Shown here: positions 10,478-20,725 of the stretch, piece by piece
How the letters are laid out: every line of letters starts with the position of its first letter
Numbering within the stretch: the first letter of the stretch is position 1
DNA from: a virus
Length of the DNA: 64,000 bases
Virus record (IMG/VR): IMGVR_UViG_3300019889_000009
Location: 7,799-71,798 of that record
Direction: 5' to 3' (one strand)
Made by a program: the position numbers and the translations under genes
The notes under the pieces: generated by a model
The model's input: only the letters and a program-made list of their open reading frames with translations
The model's database searches: none
What the model was told of the DNA's origin: nothing

Positions 10478-10552
10478 GGTCTGCGACCTGACCGGAGGAC
10501 CACCGGACAGCGGCGCGATATCGGGCTTGCTTTGCTGGCGCGGCGGCCCGAG

Positions 10553-10583
10553 GTAAAGGCGGGGGTGCAATCCCCGCCTTTAC
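10553..10583. terminator. Probable bidirectional terminator between convergent genes
   Basis: GTAAAGGCGGGG-GTGCAAT-CCCCGCCTTTAC inverted repeat. Confidence 0.65.
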
Positions 10584-10588
10584 TGTCT

Positions 10589-10903
10589 CTACCCCCCCAC
10601 TGGACGATCTTTCCACTTGCGAAATTCAAATCCGCGCGATGGGTGTTCCGCCGTGTACCATATCGACGCGATTTCCAACTTCACTGTCAGTGACGGTGTA
10701 TATGTTGATCCGTTCCAGGTATGCTGTTGGATCATTTGGTCCGGTGGATAACCAGCGTCGATCAATTGTTTTGCGATCATGAGTAGTGGGTGGATCGTAG
10801 GTTTAGTCACGAGCTTTGTTTCAGGGACGGATGCGACAAAAAGCGCCCCGATTTGCCCATGGTGCGAGCACTTGACGTTCGTGCGAATTGTTCCAGTTAT
10901 CAT
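10589..10903 (-). CDS. Hypothetical protein
   Basis: 104 aa ORF with AAGGA RBS on the minus strand. Confidence 0.5.
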   Translation of the reverse strand: MITGTIRTNVKCSHHGQIGALFVASVPETKLVTKPTIHPLLMIAKQLIDAGYPPDQMIQQHTWNGSTYTPSLTVKLEIASIWYTAEHPSRGFEFRKWKDRPVGG

Positions 10904-10989
10904 CGCTACATAGTCCTTTGATCAGGGGCCGCCCCGAGGGGGGCGAGCAAGGGGGGAAAACACGTCATTTGCTCGTCGCAGGGGGCGTG

Positions 10990-12391
10990 CTACAGCGGTT
11001 TTGGAGACAATCGGGGGTCCATGTCGGGGGGCCCCCCAATAACCGCTGTATCGCGCTCCCCTGTCACAGGTCCTTTTTCGCCAGTTGTCACCGCTATGAT
11101 CGCGTCGGTTATCGCATCCAAAGATTGGCGTTGGGTGATCAAGGGGGGTGCAAACAACAGCATGTTGCCCTGACCATGTATTGTCGCACCATCAGTGTAC
11201 GTCGAGACCCCGCGTTTGAGCAATTTGGTCTTTACGATCTTGTGCAGGCCGATCCATTCGGGTTCGAGTTGAATGCCGTACAAACAACCTGCACCTGATA
11301 CGCGCACGACTCCAGGCGCTTTTGCGATCTTTTCAGCTGCAAGTTGCATCTCCCATGCGAGGGATACCCAAACGTGGGACATTTCCTCGTAAAGACCGAT
11401 GGCTGCGACGACGGCCGCACAGCCGATCGGATGATTTTGATTTGTCGACGTGTGCCACAAGGTCGGAAGGTTTGAAGACACAAGGATATCGCGCATCGAA
11501 CTCGAACACACGACTGCCGACATGGGGAAGTACCCGCCCGTGATCCCCTTACCGAGGATCACGATATCAGGAGCGCAGTTTAGCATGGAAATTTTTTGAT
11601 AGGCTTGCCACGCAGTCAGGTACCCCAAACGATAATTGCCTGACAACACTTCGTCATAGATCAAGATCGCTTTGTATTGATTGCAGAGTGATCGAATAGC
11701 TGCGAGGTAGGTCGCCGACGGAGGTGCGACGCCGATCGTAGTGCCCCCGATTGTTTCCATGACGACAACGCAACGCCGACCCGTCGTGCGAAACTCGTCA
11801 TTCAGTATCCGACGCAATGACGCGATCGATGCTTCTCCGGTGCTGTCTTTCCACGGCATGAAAGCATCGAACCGGCCGACGCTTTGTTTAACCCATGATA
11901 TTGAGTACTCGAGACACATTTTGCGCGGATGATCTCCCAAGGACAGAGCGAAGATCGAATTGCCGTGGTACGAATGTTGACGTCCCACGAACAAGGGTGC
12001 CGGCCCATTGGTGCCGTCACGCAGTGCCATGATTTGGACTGCGAGCTTGCAGGCCGCTTCCACCGCCTCCGAACCCCGAATAAAACGTGACACCTCCGTC
12101 TTCGAAGCCCGGACCCGACGTGCCCAAGATCAAGTCACCCGCGGCTTCGACGGAGTCCGAGGTCCACTGCGCGCTGTGAGCGTACGGCATCTTCAATAAC
12201 TGATCGCTCATAGCAGTTTTGATTTCCGTGCAATTGTGGCCGAGACCCGTGACCCCGGCACCGCTCGACATGTCATAGACAAGTTCAAACCCCGTTTCGT
12301 CGGGAACAGGAGCGTGAACGAAGGTGATGCCCGTCGACGCGCGGGCGTGCGGGGGTGGGCTGTTTACCGATCGATGCAAAATTGACGACAT
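10990..12391 (-). pseudogene. Class-III PLP-dependent aminotransferase split by a frameshift near 12074-12077
   Basis: N-part 12391..12017 has YDMSSGAGVTGLGH; C-part has GSEAVEAACK, SYHGNS, LIYDEV and DIVILGKGITGGYFP (PLP lysine); frames switch at a G4 run. Confidence 0.8.
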
Positions 12392-12624
12392 TATTTTCTC
12401 CTCGATTTAATGGCCGCCTTGATCCAGGGACCGGCTTCGGTGGGTAGGAAACGTATTGTGGGACGTGCGGTTCCGTTGATGACGATGCATGGGCAGCCGC
12501 GATCACGCCACGCATGGACCGTCATTACTGTTGTCTTGAACCTTGCGCAGACGTCCTGCACGGTCCAGGTTTTGTTGATTGTGGACTGCAAGTCTTTGGA
12601 TGTGACTACTTTGCTTGATTGCAT
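12391..12624 (-). CDS. Small HTH DNA-binding protein (excisionase/MerR-like)
   Basis: TVQDVCARFKTTVMTVHAWRDRGCP; AAGGAGG RBS; TAATG-coupled to the aminotransferase. Confidence 0.65.
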   Translation of the reverse strand: MQSSKVVTSKDLQSTINKTWTVQDVCARFKTTVMTVHAWRDRGCPCIVINGTARPTIRFLPTEAGPWIKAAIKSRRK

Positions 12625-13203
12625 TGCCAAGTGCCTCCTTTGCACGTAAACACATACTGCCTGAAAATGACGGCAGTATGATTGTGATACAAAGGCAGCA
12701 CTCGCACACGTCGCAAACAGCACAGAGCCTTTGCCATCGGTTAGCCCGTCAATCGGGATCAAGAGTCCGTTCGCTACAAGAATGATGCCACGGGGTCCTC
12801 TGATAACAAAAACGCGACCTCATTGTCTTGATGACCTTGAGTGATCGCCTTGGAGTATTTGAGTCCCACCGCTTGTCCCGGTGACACGCTTGGTACTCCT
12901 CGACAAAAGCAGTACCAATGGGGCCAGCGTCAACACTGCAGGAGCGAGTCTCTCCTGACGCCATCGTAAAATGACTACACCCGACGTGACGGTTTGATAT
13001 CGCAGTCGCTTGCAAGCTCCCAGTCTAATCAGGCTGGGGGCCTTGCACCCTCAGATCAAGTTTGATGGAACCCTTATTCAACGAAATCTGATAACTACCC
13101 GGTAGTACTATCAATACAGGGGTTTGAAACGTCGATTTGATCAGGGCAGTACGAATGTATATGATTTGACGGTGCTTAAAACGGAGAACGGAGAACTGAA
13201 AAC

Positions 13204-13464
13204 ATGACGCTGATTGAAGTTGGGTCGGACGGGGACGTTCCTCGGGCGACCTCCCCCAAGCGAGTTAGACGCAAGTTGCCCGACGTGACCGGCTGCAAAC
13301 ACTGCGGTCTGGTTATTTTCGAGCATCATCGCACTAACCGTCGCAAATACCATGCTGAGTGCAAAGTCATTGTCGATCGGGCTTCCAATTTGCGATCGCA
13401 ACAGCGACGACGCGCACGACAAGGTCGCATTTCACCATCACTACAGAGGAGTCTAGGGCTGTGA
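13204..13464 (+). CDS. Hypothetical protein with CxxC
   Basis: GGAG RBS; first gene of the rightward accessory block. Confidence 0.5.
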   Translation: MTLIEVGSDGDVPRATSPKRVRRKLPDVTGCKHCGLVIFEHHRTNRRKYHAECKVIVDRASNLRSQQRRRARQGRISPSLQRSLGL

Positions 13465-13666
13465 GAAACTCAAGAATTCACTATGTGCGCAAGTTCAAAA
13501 TCGGAAATGTATTCTTGGAATGCGGTCGTCGCGCGCATTCGATCTATAATTGTGACTCGACACGACCCGGGACTGTCCGCGAACTGGAGGGCACTCAAGG
13601 GACACTGCATGCATCCAGTCATATGAACCTGGTGACATGTGTCGCCTGCAAACTGAGGAAACTGCC

Positions 13667-13933
13667 ATGACGACTCACAACAATACGACTCACTACGTGC
13701 TGATCAACGAGTCAGCCGTGTTCACGAAAGAAGCTGCGTTCTTCAAATCGCAAGGGGGGTTGACCGAGGAGTGGGGTCAGACGTGGATTCCCGTCAAGGC
13801 AATTTCGTTATACGACGCACGGGCGCAGGCCATCAACCTGCGACGCGCGCACTGGCCGAAATGCCACAAGACCATGGGGGAGTTCAAAGGTGACAAGCCG
13901 GAGGACTATTGGCCTGAAGCGAAAGGGCAGTGA
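13667..13933 (+). CDS. Hypothetical protein
   Basis: GAGG RBS before MTTHNN. Confidence 0.5.
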   Translation: MTTHNNTTHYVLINESAVFTKEAAFFKSQGGLTEEWGQTWIPVKAISLYDARAQAINLRRAHWPKCHKTMGEFKGDKPEDYWPEAKGQ

Positions 13934-13934
13934 C

Positions 13935-14297
13935 ATGCACCCGACGTTCATTACCGACCTCGCTCGCGTGTGTCTCGCGGCTGAGCTATCGACGCGTCAT
14001 GAGTTCAGGGGGTATGCTGCCAGCGATCCCCAACTGTTGCGCATTGCAGCTTTTTGGATGACCACGCATGACACTATGACTCAGCGTGCAGCAGTCGACG
14101 ATGCCTATCGCATGGCATGGTCTATATATCGTCATATTCAACCCAAACTACTGGACCTATGCGACGTCACCGCACAACACGCGCTCGAGGAGCCAAACCA
14201 TTTCTTGAGTACTGAAGTGCGTGAGAAGCTGATCGGCAAAGTGTTCCCTGATGACTCTCCAAAGAAAGGACCCCTTCGTTTTGTCCCCGACAAATGA
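13935..14297 (+). CDS. Hypothetical protein
   Basis: ATG directly after the upstream stop. Confidence 0.45.
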   Translation: MHPTFITDLARVCLAAELSTRHEFRGYAASDPQLLRIAAFWMTTHDTMTQRAAVDDAYRMAWSIYRHIQPKLLDLCDVTAQHALEEPNHFLSTEVREKLIGKVFPDDSPKKGPLRFVPDK

Positions 14298-14476
14298 ACG
14301 CATACACTTTCGCTTCATCGTGTGCCCGGAGTGCCAACATAATTTGTGCTGGGTGAACCCACGTTTGCCGTCATACTGCCCCGAATGCGGCAAGCATATT
14401 TACGCAACTGTTCGGGGGTGTATCCATATCGACGATGACAAAGCAACCTTGAGGTACTTATCATGATTGTGCCGAC

Positions 14477-15184
14477 ATGATCACCAATGCAACATTGGAC
14501 GCGAGACTGCAGGGCATGCGAAACCTCGAGCGCATGTTTGTTCGTGTGGACTTGATAGACTTTAACGAGGGTCAGCAAGCATACCTGCGATATCACGCGG
14601 TCATGCATTCGATCGCGTTGCACTATAAGTTCCCGATCGAGCGCGTGGTCGCGACGTTTGCATCCCTGTCCCCTAACTCCGACTACAAGGGCAACCTGCG
14701 TTCGACCGTTTCTGTATTGGACGGTTTGAACAATGATGTCCCGTGCAATCAGATCGTGGTCTCGACGTACAAGCATTGTCGAGACCGAGCTTACCGCTAC
14801 GCTCGCGGTGACCATGACTTCCTAAAAAAGACCAAGGGTCCCAAGATCAAAAACTTTTATCATAATCTTGTGGACCCCCTCGACAACCGATGGGTGACAA
14901 TCGACGGTCATATGGTCGGGTGCTGGCGTGACTCAAATAGCACGATGAAACAACTATTGATCAAGCCGCACGAGTACCGAGAGATCGCAGACGCGATCAA
15001 GATACTTGCGTTCAAGCATCAAATGCTGCCCAACCAAATGCAGGCAGTGCTATGGTTTGCGCGCAAGCGTACACTGAATATCAAGTACGATCCGCAGGGG
15101 TCTTTGTTTGCGGAGCGTGGAGATATGTGGAACACTCTGATCCACATTGACGATATCAAGCCCTACCCGAGGACAATGGGATGA
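14477..15184 (+). CDS. Conserved phage protein resembling the HhH DNA-glycosylase superfamily
   Basis: ASLSPN, GPKIKNFY, VTIDGHM and QAVLW motifs, recognised by eye only. Confidence 0.5.
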   Translation: MITNATLDARLQGMRNLERMFVRVDLIDFNEGQQAYLRYHAVMHSIALHYKFPIERVVATFASLSPNSDYKGNLRSTVSVLDGLNNDVPCNQIVVSTYKHCRDRAYRYARGDHDFLKKTKGPKIKNFYHNLVDPLDNRWVTIDGHMVGCWRDSNSTMKQLLIKPHEYREIADAIKILAFKHQMLPNQMQAVLWFARKRTLNIKYDPQGSLFAERGDMWNTLIHIDDIKPYPRTMG

Positions 15185-15580
15185 CAGTCCAGCAGGACTT
15201 TCACAACTTTATGTTGACGCACCGCGCGAACCACAGCAGCTGCTCGGTAGACGAGCTTAAACATGCGTTCGAGTGTGGTTGGGAATTGGGTTATGAAGAA
15301 CACGTCAAGGAGTCTGGCGTCACCACGATCATACTCCTTTGTGGTTTACTGTTTCTCTTGATAGGAGCCGTGTTGATATGAACAACCTTCCAGATCTACA
15401 CCATCCAAATTTACAAAAAGACTTTGAGGCATACATCAAAGATGCGTGGCCTGAACTAGTCGTGGGTCTCGCCGCCCACCAAAAGTATTTAGACTTGTTA
15501 AAGGAGGTCTACACCGAAGCCTGGAAGGCGGGCTTCGATACTGCTGATTGTGCAGCCCCTTACTCGGGTGAGGATGGAGA

Positions 15581-16042
15581 ATGATCACAGCCTATTGCGA
15601 CGGTTCATGCCCGAGACCGCACAAGCATGGTGGTTGGGCGTATGTCATACTGCACGATTACGAGACGCCAGTCTATATTGACAAAGGAGGGGTCAACGTC
15701 GCGACCAACAACACGATGGAGTTGCAAGCTGCCATCGAATGCATGAAAGGTCTGATACACCTCGAACTGCAGCAAGAAGCTTGCACGATCTGGACTGACT
15801 CAATGTACGTCGTCAATGGCATGCAGCATCATCGTCATGTCTGGGCTGAAACGAATTGGGTCAGCAGCAGTAATGGCGGCATGCCGATCAAGAACCCCGA
15901 ACAATGGAAGGAGCTTCATGAGTTAGCAAAACAGTTCAAGTCCCTGCGGTTCAATCATGTCAAGGGGCATGCAGGGCACTACTGGAATGAAAGAGTCGAT
16001 GGGCTCGCGGGCAGTGCCATGCGGGCCGCACGACGCGCGTAG
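15581..16042 (+). CDS. rnhA: Ribonuclease HI
   Basis: YCDGS, TNNTMEL, TDSMYV, HVKGHAG, NERVD catalytic motifs. Confidence 0.93.
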   Translation: MITAYCDGSCPRPHKHGGWAYVILHDYETPVYIDKGGVNVATNNTMELQAAIECMKGLIHLELQQEACTIWTDSMYVVNGMQHHRHVWAETNWVSSSNGGMPIKNPEQWKELHELAKQFKSLRFNHVKGHAGHYWNERVDGLAGSAMRAARRA

Positions 16043-16072
16043 TATGTTTTAACAGAGAACGGAGAACTACAA

Positions 16073-16660
16073 ATGGCAATCGGATTTACAGGCGAAGCCG
16101 TGCAGCAGATCGAGGCTGACTTGCACGCTGCGACAATCGAGAATGAGTCCCTGCGACGCACGAATGCATTACAGGAGATGGAGCTCGCACATTTGCGCGC
16201 GCAGAACGTCAAGCTGCGGGCGGATTGCAATACCGAAATGATCAGGTGTGCAGAGATGCGCACGATCATGGAACAGGTATCGGCAGGGCTTGTGTCGGGT
16301 CTGCAACGCATGAACTTCACGCGACGTCAGCGCCAAGAACGCGAGTTAGGTGTGAACAATGAAGACGATCGGTCTCCTTACCACAATCGCAAGCCCGAGT
16401 TTGACGCGATCAGTAACATGCTCGTCGAGGGAGATAATCAAAACGCGGAGCGGCTTGCACAACGCAATGAGGTATTGGAGGAGCGGTCACGCGAAGTCGC
16501 TCCTGTCGTGCCCATGCGCACGCGAAGCCTCGATCTGGAGTCCAAGCTTCGTACCGATATCGTTGATATGAGACTGCCACGTGTCGATTTGCCCGGTCAG
16601 TCTGATGACGACAATCTGCGGAAGATGTTTGACACACTGCAAACGCAAAACAGGAGGTGA
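16073..16660 (+). CDS. Hypothetical coiled-coil protein
   Basis: GGAG RBS, 195 aa. Confidence 0.55.
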   Translation: MAIGFTGEAVQQIEADLHAATIENESLRRTNALQEMELAHLRAQNVKLRADCNTEMIRCAEMRTIMEQVSAGLVSGLQRMNFTRRQRQERELGVNNEDDRSPYHNRKPEFDAISNMLVEGDNQNAERLAQRNEVLEERSREVAPVVPMRTRSLDLESKLRTDIVDMRLPRVDLPGQSDDDNLRKMFDTLQTQNRR

Positions 16661-16663
16661 CTT

Positions 16664-17155
16664 GTGCTTGATAAACAACCAAGCGATAATCAGGAAATTG
16701 TTGCGCGCATTTTTGCACAGAATGCAGGTGATGATGAGCAGATCGAAATTGCTCTATTGCGTGAAGCGAAGCGTAACAGCAGCTTAGCGCAGGAGTTTAT
16801 ACTTCTTGGTGTCAAACAAACTATCAGGTCTTATTACTCATTCGAACGTTCAACAGCTAGTCGTGCATTACCTGATCCTGCAGAACGAGAACGACGTGCT
16901 CAAGCACGGGAAGACTTACGTTCTCATTTTTGGGATCGTTACTCCTTGTTCGGGCATATGTCATTGAAGGACGCACGTGCAGAAGACTTGAGAGAGAGTG
17001 CTGCGAAGCGTAAGCAAATGGCGTCAACGAATATGCGGCGTGCTAGGTTTGAGTTGGCAGTTGCCAGTCGCATGGGAGAGTCAAAGAGAACAGTTGGGTC
17101 ATTCTTTGATGGAGCTACAATCGACAAGTTAGCGGAGCAGTATAATGCGGGGTAA
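16664..17155 (+). CDS. Hypothetical protein
   Basis: AGGAGG RBS, GTG start. Confidence 0.5.
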   Translation: MLDKQPSDNQEIVARIFAQNAGDDEQIEIALLREAKRNSSLAQEFILLGVKQTIRSYYSFERSTASRALPDPAERERRAQAREDLRSHFWDRYSLFGHMSLKDARAEDLRESAAKRKQMASTNMRRARFELAVASRMGESKRTVGSFFDGATIDKLAEQYNAG

Positions 17156-17363
17156 AATATATCCAAGAAACTCAGAGGGTTTAACTGATGCTATTTTTGA
17201 TGCATTAGAGTTATTGCGTGACGGCGCAATGACGCACCAAGAAGCATCAGCTTATGCGCAACTTGCCAATGCTGAACTTCAAAATGTAGCAATGGCGCAA
17301 CGCGCACAGTCTCAATCCTTGGAACATGATCGGCGCGCAATCGGAGGTCATAGGGATGACTAG
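17145..17363 (+). CDS. Hypothetical protein
   Basis: GGAG RBS; overlaps neighbouring genes. Confidence 0.4.
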   Translation: MRGKIYPRNSEGLTDAIFDALELLRDGAMTHQEASAYAQLANAELQNVAMAQRAQSQSLEHDRRAIGGHRDD

Positions 17364-18057
17364 ATGTGCATTATGTGCAGGGGATATAGATCGTAGTTTT
17401 CCAACTGAGTTGCGAAATCCATTTCGAGGTGTTGATAAAAGATGCCAACTTAGTGCAATTTTGGAGCATAACTACGCTGACAGTCTCGATGTGCTTCGAC
17501 GAGTCTGCATGGTGTGTATTGCAGAAACGTGGCGAGTGTCACGTGCGATGCCAGAATGGGCTAAGTCGTCATTGCGTTTGAGTATTTGCTGGATGGCTTG
17601 CCAAAAGTTACAGAGAAAACCGTTTTGGTCAAAACGAAAGCGGTTTGAGACGCGTAGTCACAAAAACTGGATTGATGGGTACCTCAATTGCTCCACTTCA
17701 CGTCAACGCGAAGCTGAGATGATCTATATAATTAACTGCATGTATTATAAAAGTCACGCTGCTGCAAAGCATGCCCGCAAACGTTTTGGCATACGAGGGA
17801 GTGTGGTTCGTTTTAAAATGGGGTGGAGTACCGCCAGAAGTAATTACTCGACTAAACCGATAAGGTACCCAAGTGACCTTGATCAAGTTTTGCTGGGAGA
17901 TACTCCAAGAGCACGAAGTTTGGTTCGTGGTTCTTTACTTGATGTCCCATTAGACCTACGGTTGCGTAGATACAAAATGCGTAAAGTGCGAAAAGAGAAA
18001 CCTTGGAGGGAGTTATATGGGCATACCAGATTTAAGTTCAAACCAAACTTACCTTGA
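17356..18057 (+). CDS. Hypothetical basic, Cys-containing protein
   Basis: GGAGG RBS before ATG 17356; visibly AT-richer DNA. Confidence 0.4.
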   Translation: MTRCALCAGDIDRSFPTELRNPFRGVDKRCQLSAILEHNYADSLDVLRRVCMVCIAETWRVSRAMPEWAKSSLRLSICWMACQKLQRKPFWSKRKRFETRSHKNWIDGYLNCSTSRQREAEMIYIINCMYYKSHAAAKHARKRFGIRGSVVRFKMGWSTARSNYSTKPIRYPSDLDQVLLGDTPRARSLVRGSLLDVPLDLRLRRYKMRKVRKEKPWRELYGHTRFKFKPNLP

Positions 18058-18067
18058 GGGGACGATC

Positions 18068-18526
18068 ATGAATGACTCAATCCCAGCCACTGTTAGCGAG
18101 GCGCAGTACCGACTGCACTTAACGTGGCACCAAGTCGAAAGCTTGGTCGACAATATCAAGGTCGATCTTGACCACGTCAAAACGATCACCGCGGTATCCC
18201 GCGGCGGTCTGATACCTGCGGCGATCCTCGCGCACCGTCATGGCATCAGAGTTGTTGAACTCATTCACGCGAGGAGTTACGACGACTCCAACAAGCGCGG
18301 AGAATTGTTCGTGCATTATCAGCCATTGGTCTTGAGCGAACCGACCCTGATCATTGATGACATCTGCGATAGTGGGAATACGTTTCGTGCGATCAAGACG
18401 CACGTCACGGGGCAGGTCTACACAATGGCTGCGCTCGTCGCAAAGGACGGGTGTGGCATGCTCGAGGAGTTTCAATACGGCGTTGAAGTGCCGTCAAACA
18501 TATGGGTGGTGTTTCCATGGGAGTAA
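18068..18526 (+). CDS. Type I purine phosphoribosyltransferase (Gpt-like)
   Basis: AVSRGGLIPA, PRPP-binding LIIDDICDSGNT, C-terminal WVVFPWE. Confidence 0.88.
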   Translation: MNDSIPATVSEAQYRLHLTWHQVESLVDNIKVDLDHVKTITAVSRGGLIPAAILAHRHGIRVVELIHARSYDDSNKRGELFVHYQPLVLSEPTLIIDDICDSGNTFRAIKTHVTGQVYTMAALVAKDGCGMLEEFQYGVEVPSNIWVVFPWE

Positions 18527-18531
18527 AGGGT

Positions 18532-19257
18532 ATGGAATTGCTTGATCGCTACAAACAATTGACGCTGGAGCAAAAACTGGCGTTGTTCATTACTGGGCCT
18601 GTTGACCCAGTGCCGGCAGACAGTCGGTGGGAGCTAGAGGAGATGCAAATGCAGCACTTCTGGCATACTCTCAGTCCGGATGAGCGTGTAGATGCGTTGC
18701 GACGCGCGAAGGCGATGGTTGCAATGGTGAGTCGTGACATGGGTCGCCCAGTACTGCAGGAGTGGGCGATGCAATGCAGTCTCATGCAGCAGTCGGTGTT
18801 GATGGGTATCGTTCGTGGTCCCGACGACACACCCAAATATCATCCCGTGAAGCCAGTACTTCGTTGGTACAGGCGCTGTCTCCTGTTATCGGCACTCGAT
18901 GGTCAGGTGATTACCGATCCTTACGATTTGCGCGGGGGGTCGTTTACTGGACCGTCATTGTCTTTGACAAACCCCATGCTCAATGACTGGAAGAAAGAGA
19001 TGTGGGCAAAGGTTGATGACTTCATGCAGCATATGGATCAGTACCCGATCCATTTCTGGTTACACATGATGCATGCGATTGAGATCATGGGCTACCATCA
19101 TTCCGACCTCGACATTCGGGAGTGGTGGAATGCTTTGTATCAGCGCATGGTTCATGCGATGCATGTTTTTCCCGAGTCTCAGGAACAGTTAGATAAGCGA
19201 CTGGGCGATACAAGAGAGGGTTGGGTTGAACGCTCTGACCCTGCGGTGACGAAGTGA
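18532..19257 (+). CDS. Hypothetical His-rich phage protein
   Basis: QQSVLMGIVRGPD and HFWLHMMHAIEIMGYHH; start uncertain. Confidence 0.55.
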   Translation: MELLDRYKQLTLEQKLALFITGPVDPVPADSRWELEEMQMQHFWHTLSPDERVDALRRAKAMVAMVSRDMGRPVLQEWAMQCSLMQQSVLMGIVRGPDDTPKYHPVKPVLRWYRRCLLLSALDGQVITDPYDLRGGSFTGPSLSLTNPMLNDWKKEMWAKVDDFMQHMDQYPIHFWLHMMHAIEIMGYHHSDLDIREWWNALYQRMVHAMHVFPESQEQLDKRLGDTREGWVERSDPAVTK

Positions 19258-19601
19258 GTGGCGATCAAAAAGATCCGTGGTGGATAAAGCTCATAGTCAT
19301 GGGTTTGATCGCGGGCATTGTCGTGGTGCCAGTCATTGCGATTTGGACAGAAGAGTTTTGGCTTCTGACCATCACGGCAGTTTGTTTCCTGATCGTATAT
19401 GCTGGGTGACATGATCTATATTCTTGCGACTACGGGGTCCATGCTGTTCGCGACGTATGGACCCTTTTCAATGACAATGCGCGAGTGCAATGCCCACGTC
19501 GAATTGTGGGTCAAGCTGTACCAAGCCTATCCTCCTATCGGCAAGAGGGTCGGCAATACTTATCAATGCGTCAATTATCAAATCAAGAAGAGGGGTAAAG
19601 T

Positions 19602-20693
19602 ATGATCACGTATTCTCCGCAAGTGACTAAAAAAGCAAACTTGTATATCGACAAATTGCGCGATCGTTGGATGGACAAGCCGGAGCGTTGGGATACCGAG
19701 GCACTGCGCACAACATTGTGCGAACTGATCTACTCGTGCTGCGGTGACTGCGTGCCGTATGAGGGGGAACCAAAATTCGTACTCCTAGGTCGTGACCCAC
19801 AAGCACCCGACCTGATCTTGGAGTGGGCCGAAACGAGACTGGCGATCGAACCAACAGCAACGGAGAAGTGTGAGTCAGCTCGATTGCGCGCGAACGAGAT
19901 GCTGTTTTGGAAATCGCACGTCATGACGCTCGGTCTCGATTATGAAGCGTACCTTGAGCATCTCAACTCCCGCACGTCGCGCGTCAAGTGGGTGGTCACG
20001 AACAGTGAGGGGGACAAGTTCGGTATTTGGGACGGGGGTCCGACGTGGTCCAAGAACATCGATCAGGCTTTGAAGTTCGCAGACCGCGAGTCCGCAGAGA
20101 AGTACTGCGCTGATGATGAAGACGCGTGGCGCGTCGTCGCGATCCCTGATCACACTCCCTTGACTGATGCACAACGCAAGACCGCAGCCGATGCAATCGC
20201 GGAGTATGTCGCGGAGTCGATCAAAACGATGCCCAAAGAACTGCGACGTGTCGCTGACACATTCCCCGACAATCACTGGGATCGCAACGTGCTCATGTTC
20301 ATGGCTGATTTGGTAGACCCTCCCGTCAACAGAGTGCTCAATTCACGGGAGCAAATTGCAGAAGCAATCGCTGACGTGGCCGATGCCGTTCTTACGCTCT
20401 CCATACCCGAGGACGGTCCCAAAATGGTGTTGGTCGATGATACGGATCCTGTGATGGTGCTGCAGTTGTTTCGGGAGTTCGTCACGCGCAACGCGACGCA
20501 GTGGGTCATGGGTGCCGGGGATCATCATCACCCAATGTGGGAACTGGTCGCGACTGCGATCGAAAACGGGTCGGAGATACTGCCCGAGGCCGACCTGCAT
20601 CGGGGCACTGCATACGCCTTCATCCAGCCGACAAACCGCAAGCCATGGTCTGAATTTGCGCAATCGCAGGAGCTCGATAACGGGGCAGTATGA
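19602..20693 (+). CDS. Hypothetical (probably mosaic) protein
   Basis: 363 aa ORF with GAGG RBS. Confidence 0.55.
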   Translation: MITYSPQVTKKANLYIDKLRDRWMDKPERWDTEALRTTLCELIYSCCGDCVPYEGEPKFVLLGRDPQAPDLILEWAETRLAIEPTATEKCESARLRANEMLFWKSHVMTLGLDYEAYLEHLNSRTSRVKWVVTNSEGDKFGIWDGGPTWSKNIDQALKFADRESAEKYCADDEDAWRVVAIPDHTPLTDAQRKTAADAIAEYVAESIKTMPKELRRVADTFPDNHWDRNVLMFMADLVDPPVNRVLNSREQIAEAIADVADAVLTLSIPEDGPKMVLVDDTDPVMVLQLFREFVTRNATQWVMGAGDHHHPMWELVATAIENGSEILPEADLHRGTAYAFIQPTNRKPWSEFAQSQELDNGAV

Positions 20694-20725
20694 TTTGATA
20701 TAAACGCGAACCCACGGGGAAACGA

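Noticed and set aside
10478-10552. Short GC hairpins before the terminator as a tRNA or ribozyme
   Set aside because: No cloverleaf, T-loop or recognisable catalytic core; I found no tRNA by eye anywhere in the window
12391-12624. Excisionase implying an integrated prophage
   Set aside because: No integrase, att site or host genes in the window; the HTH alone is insufficient
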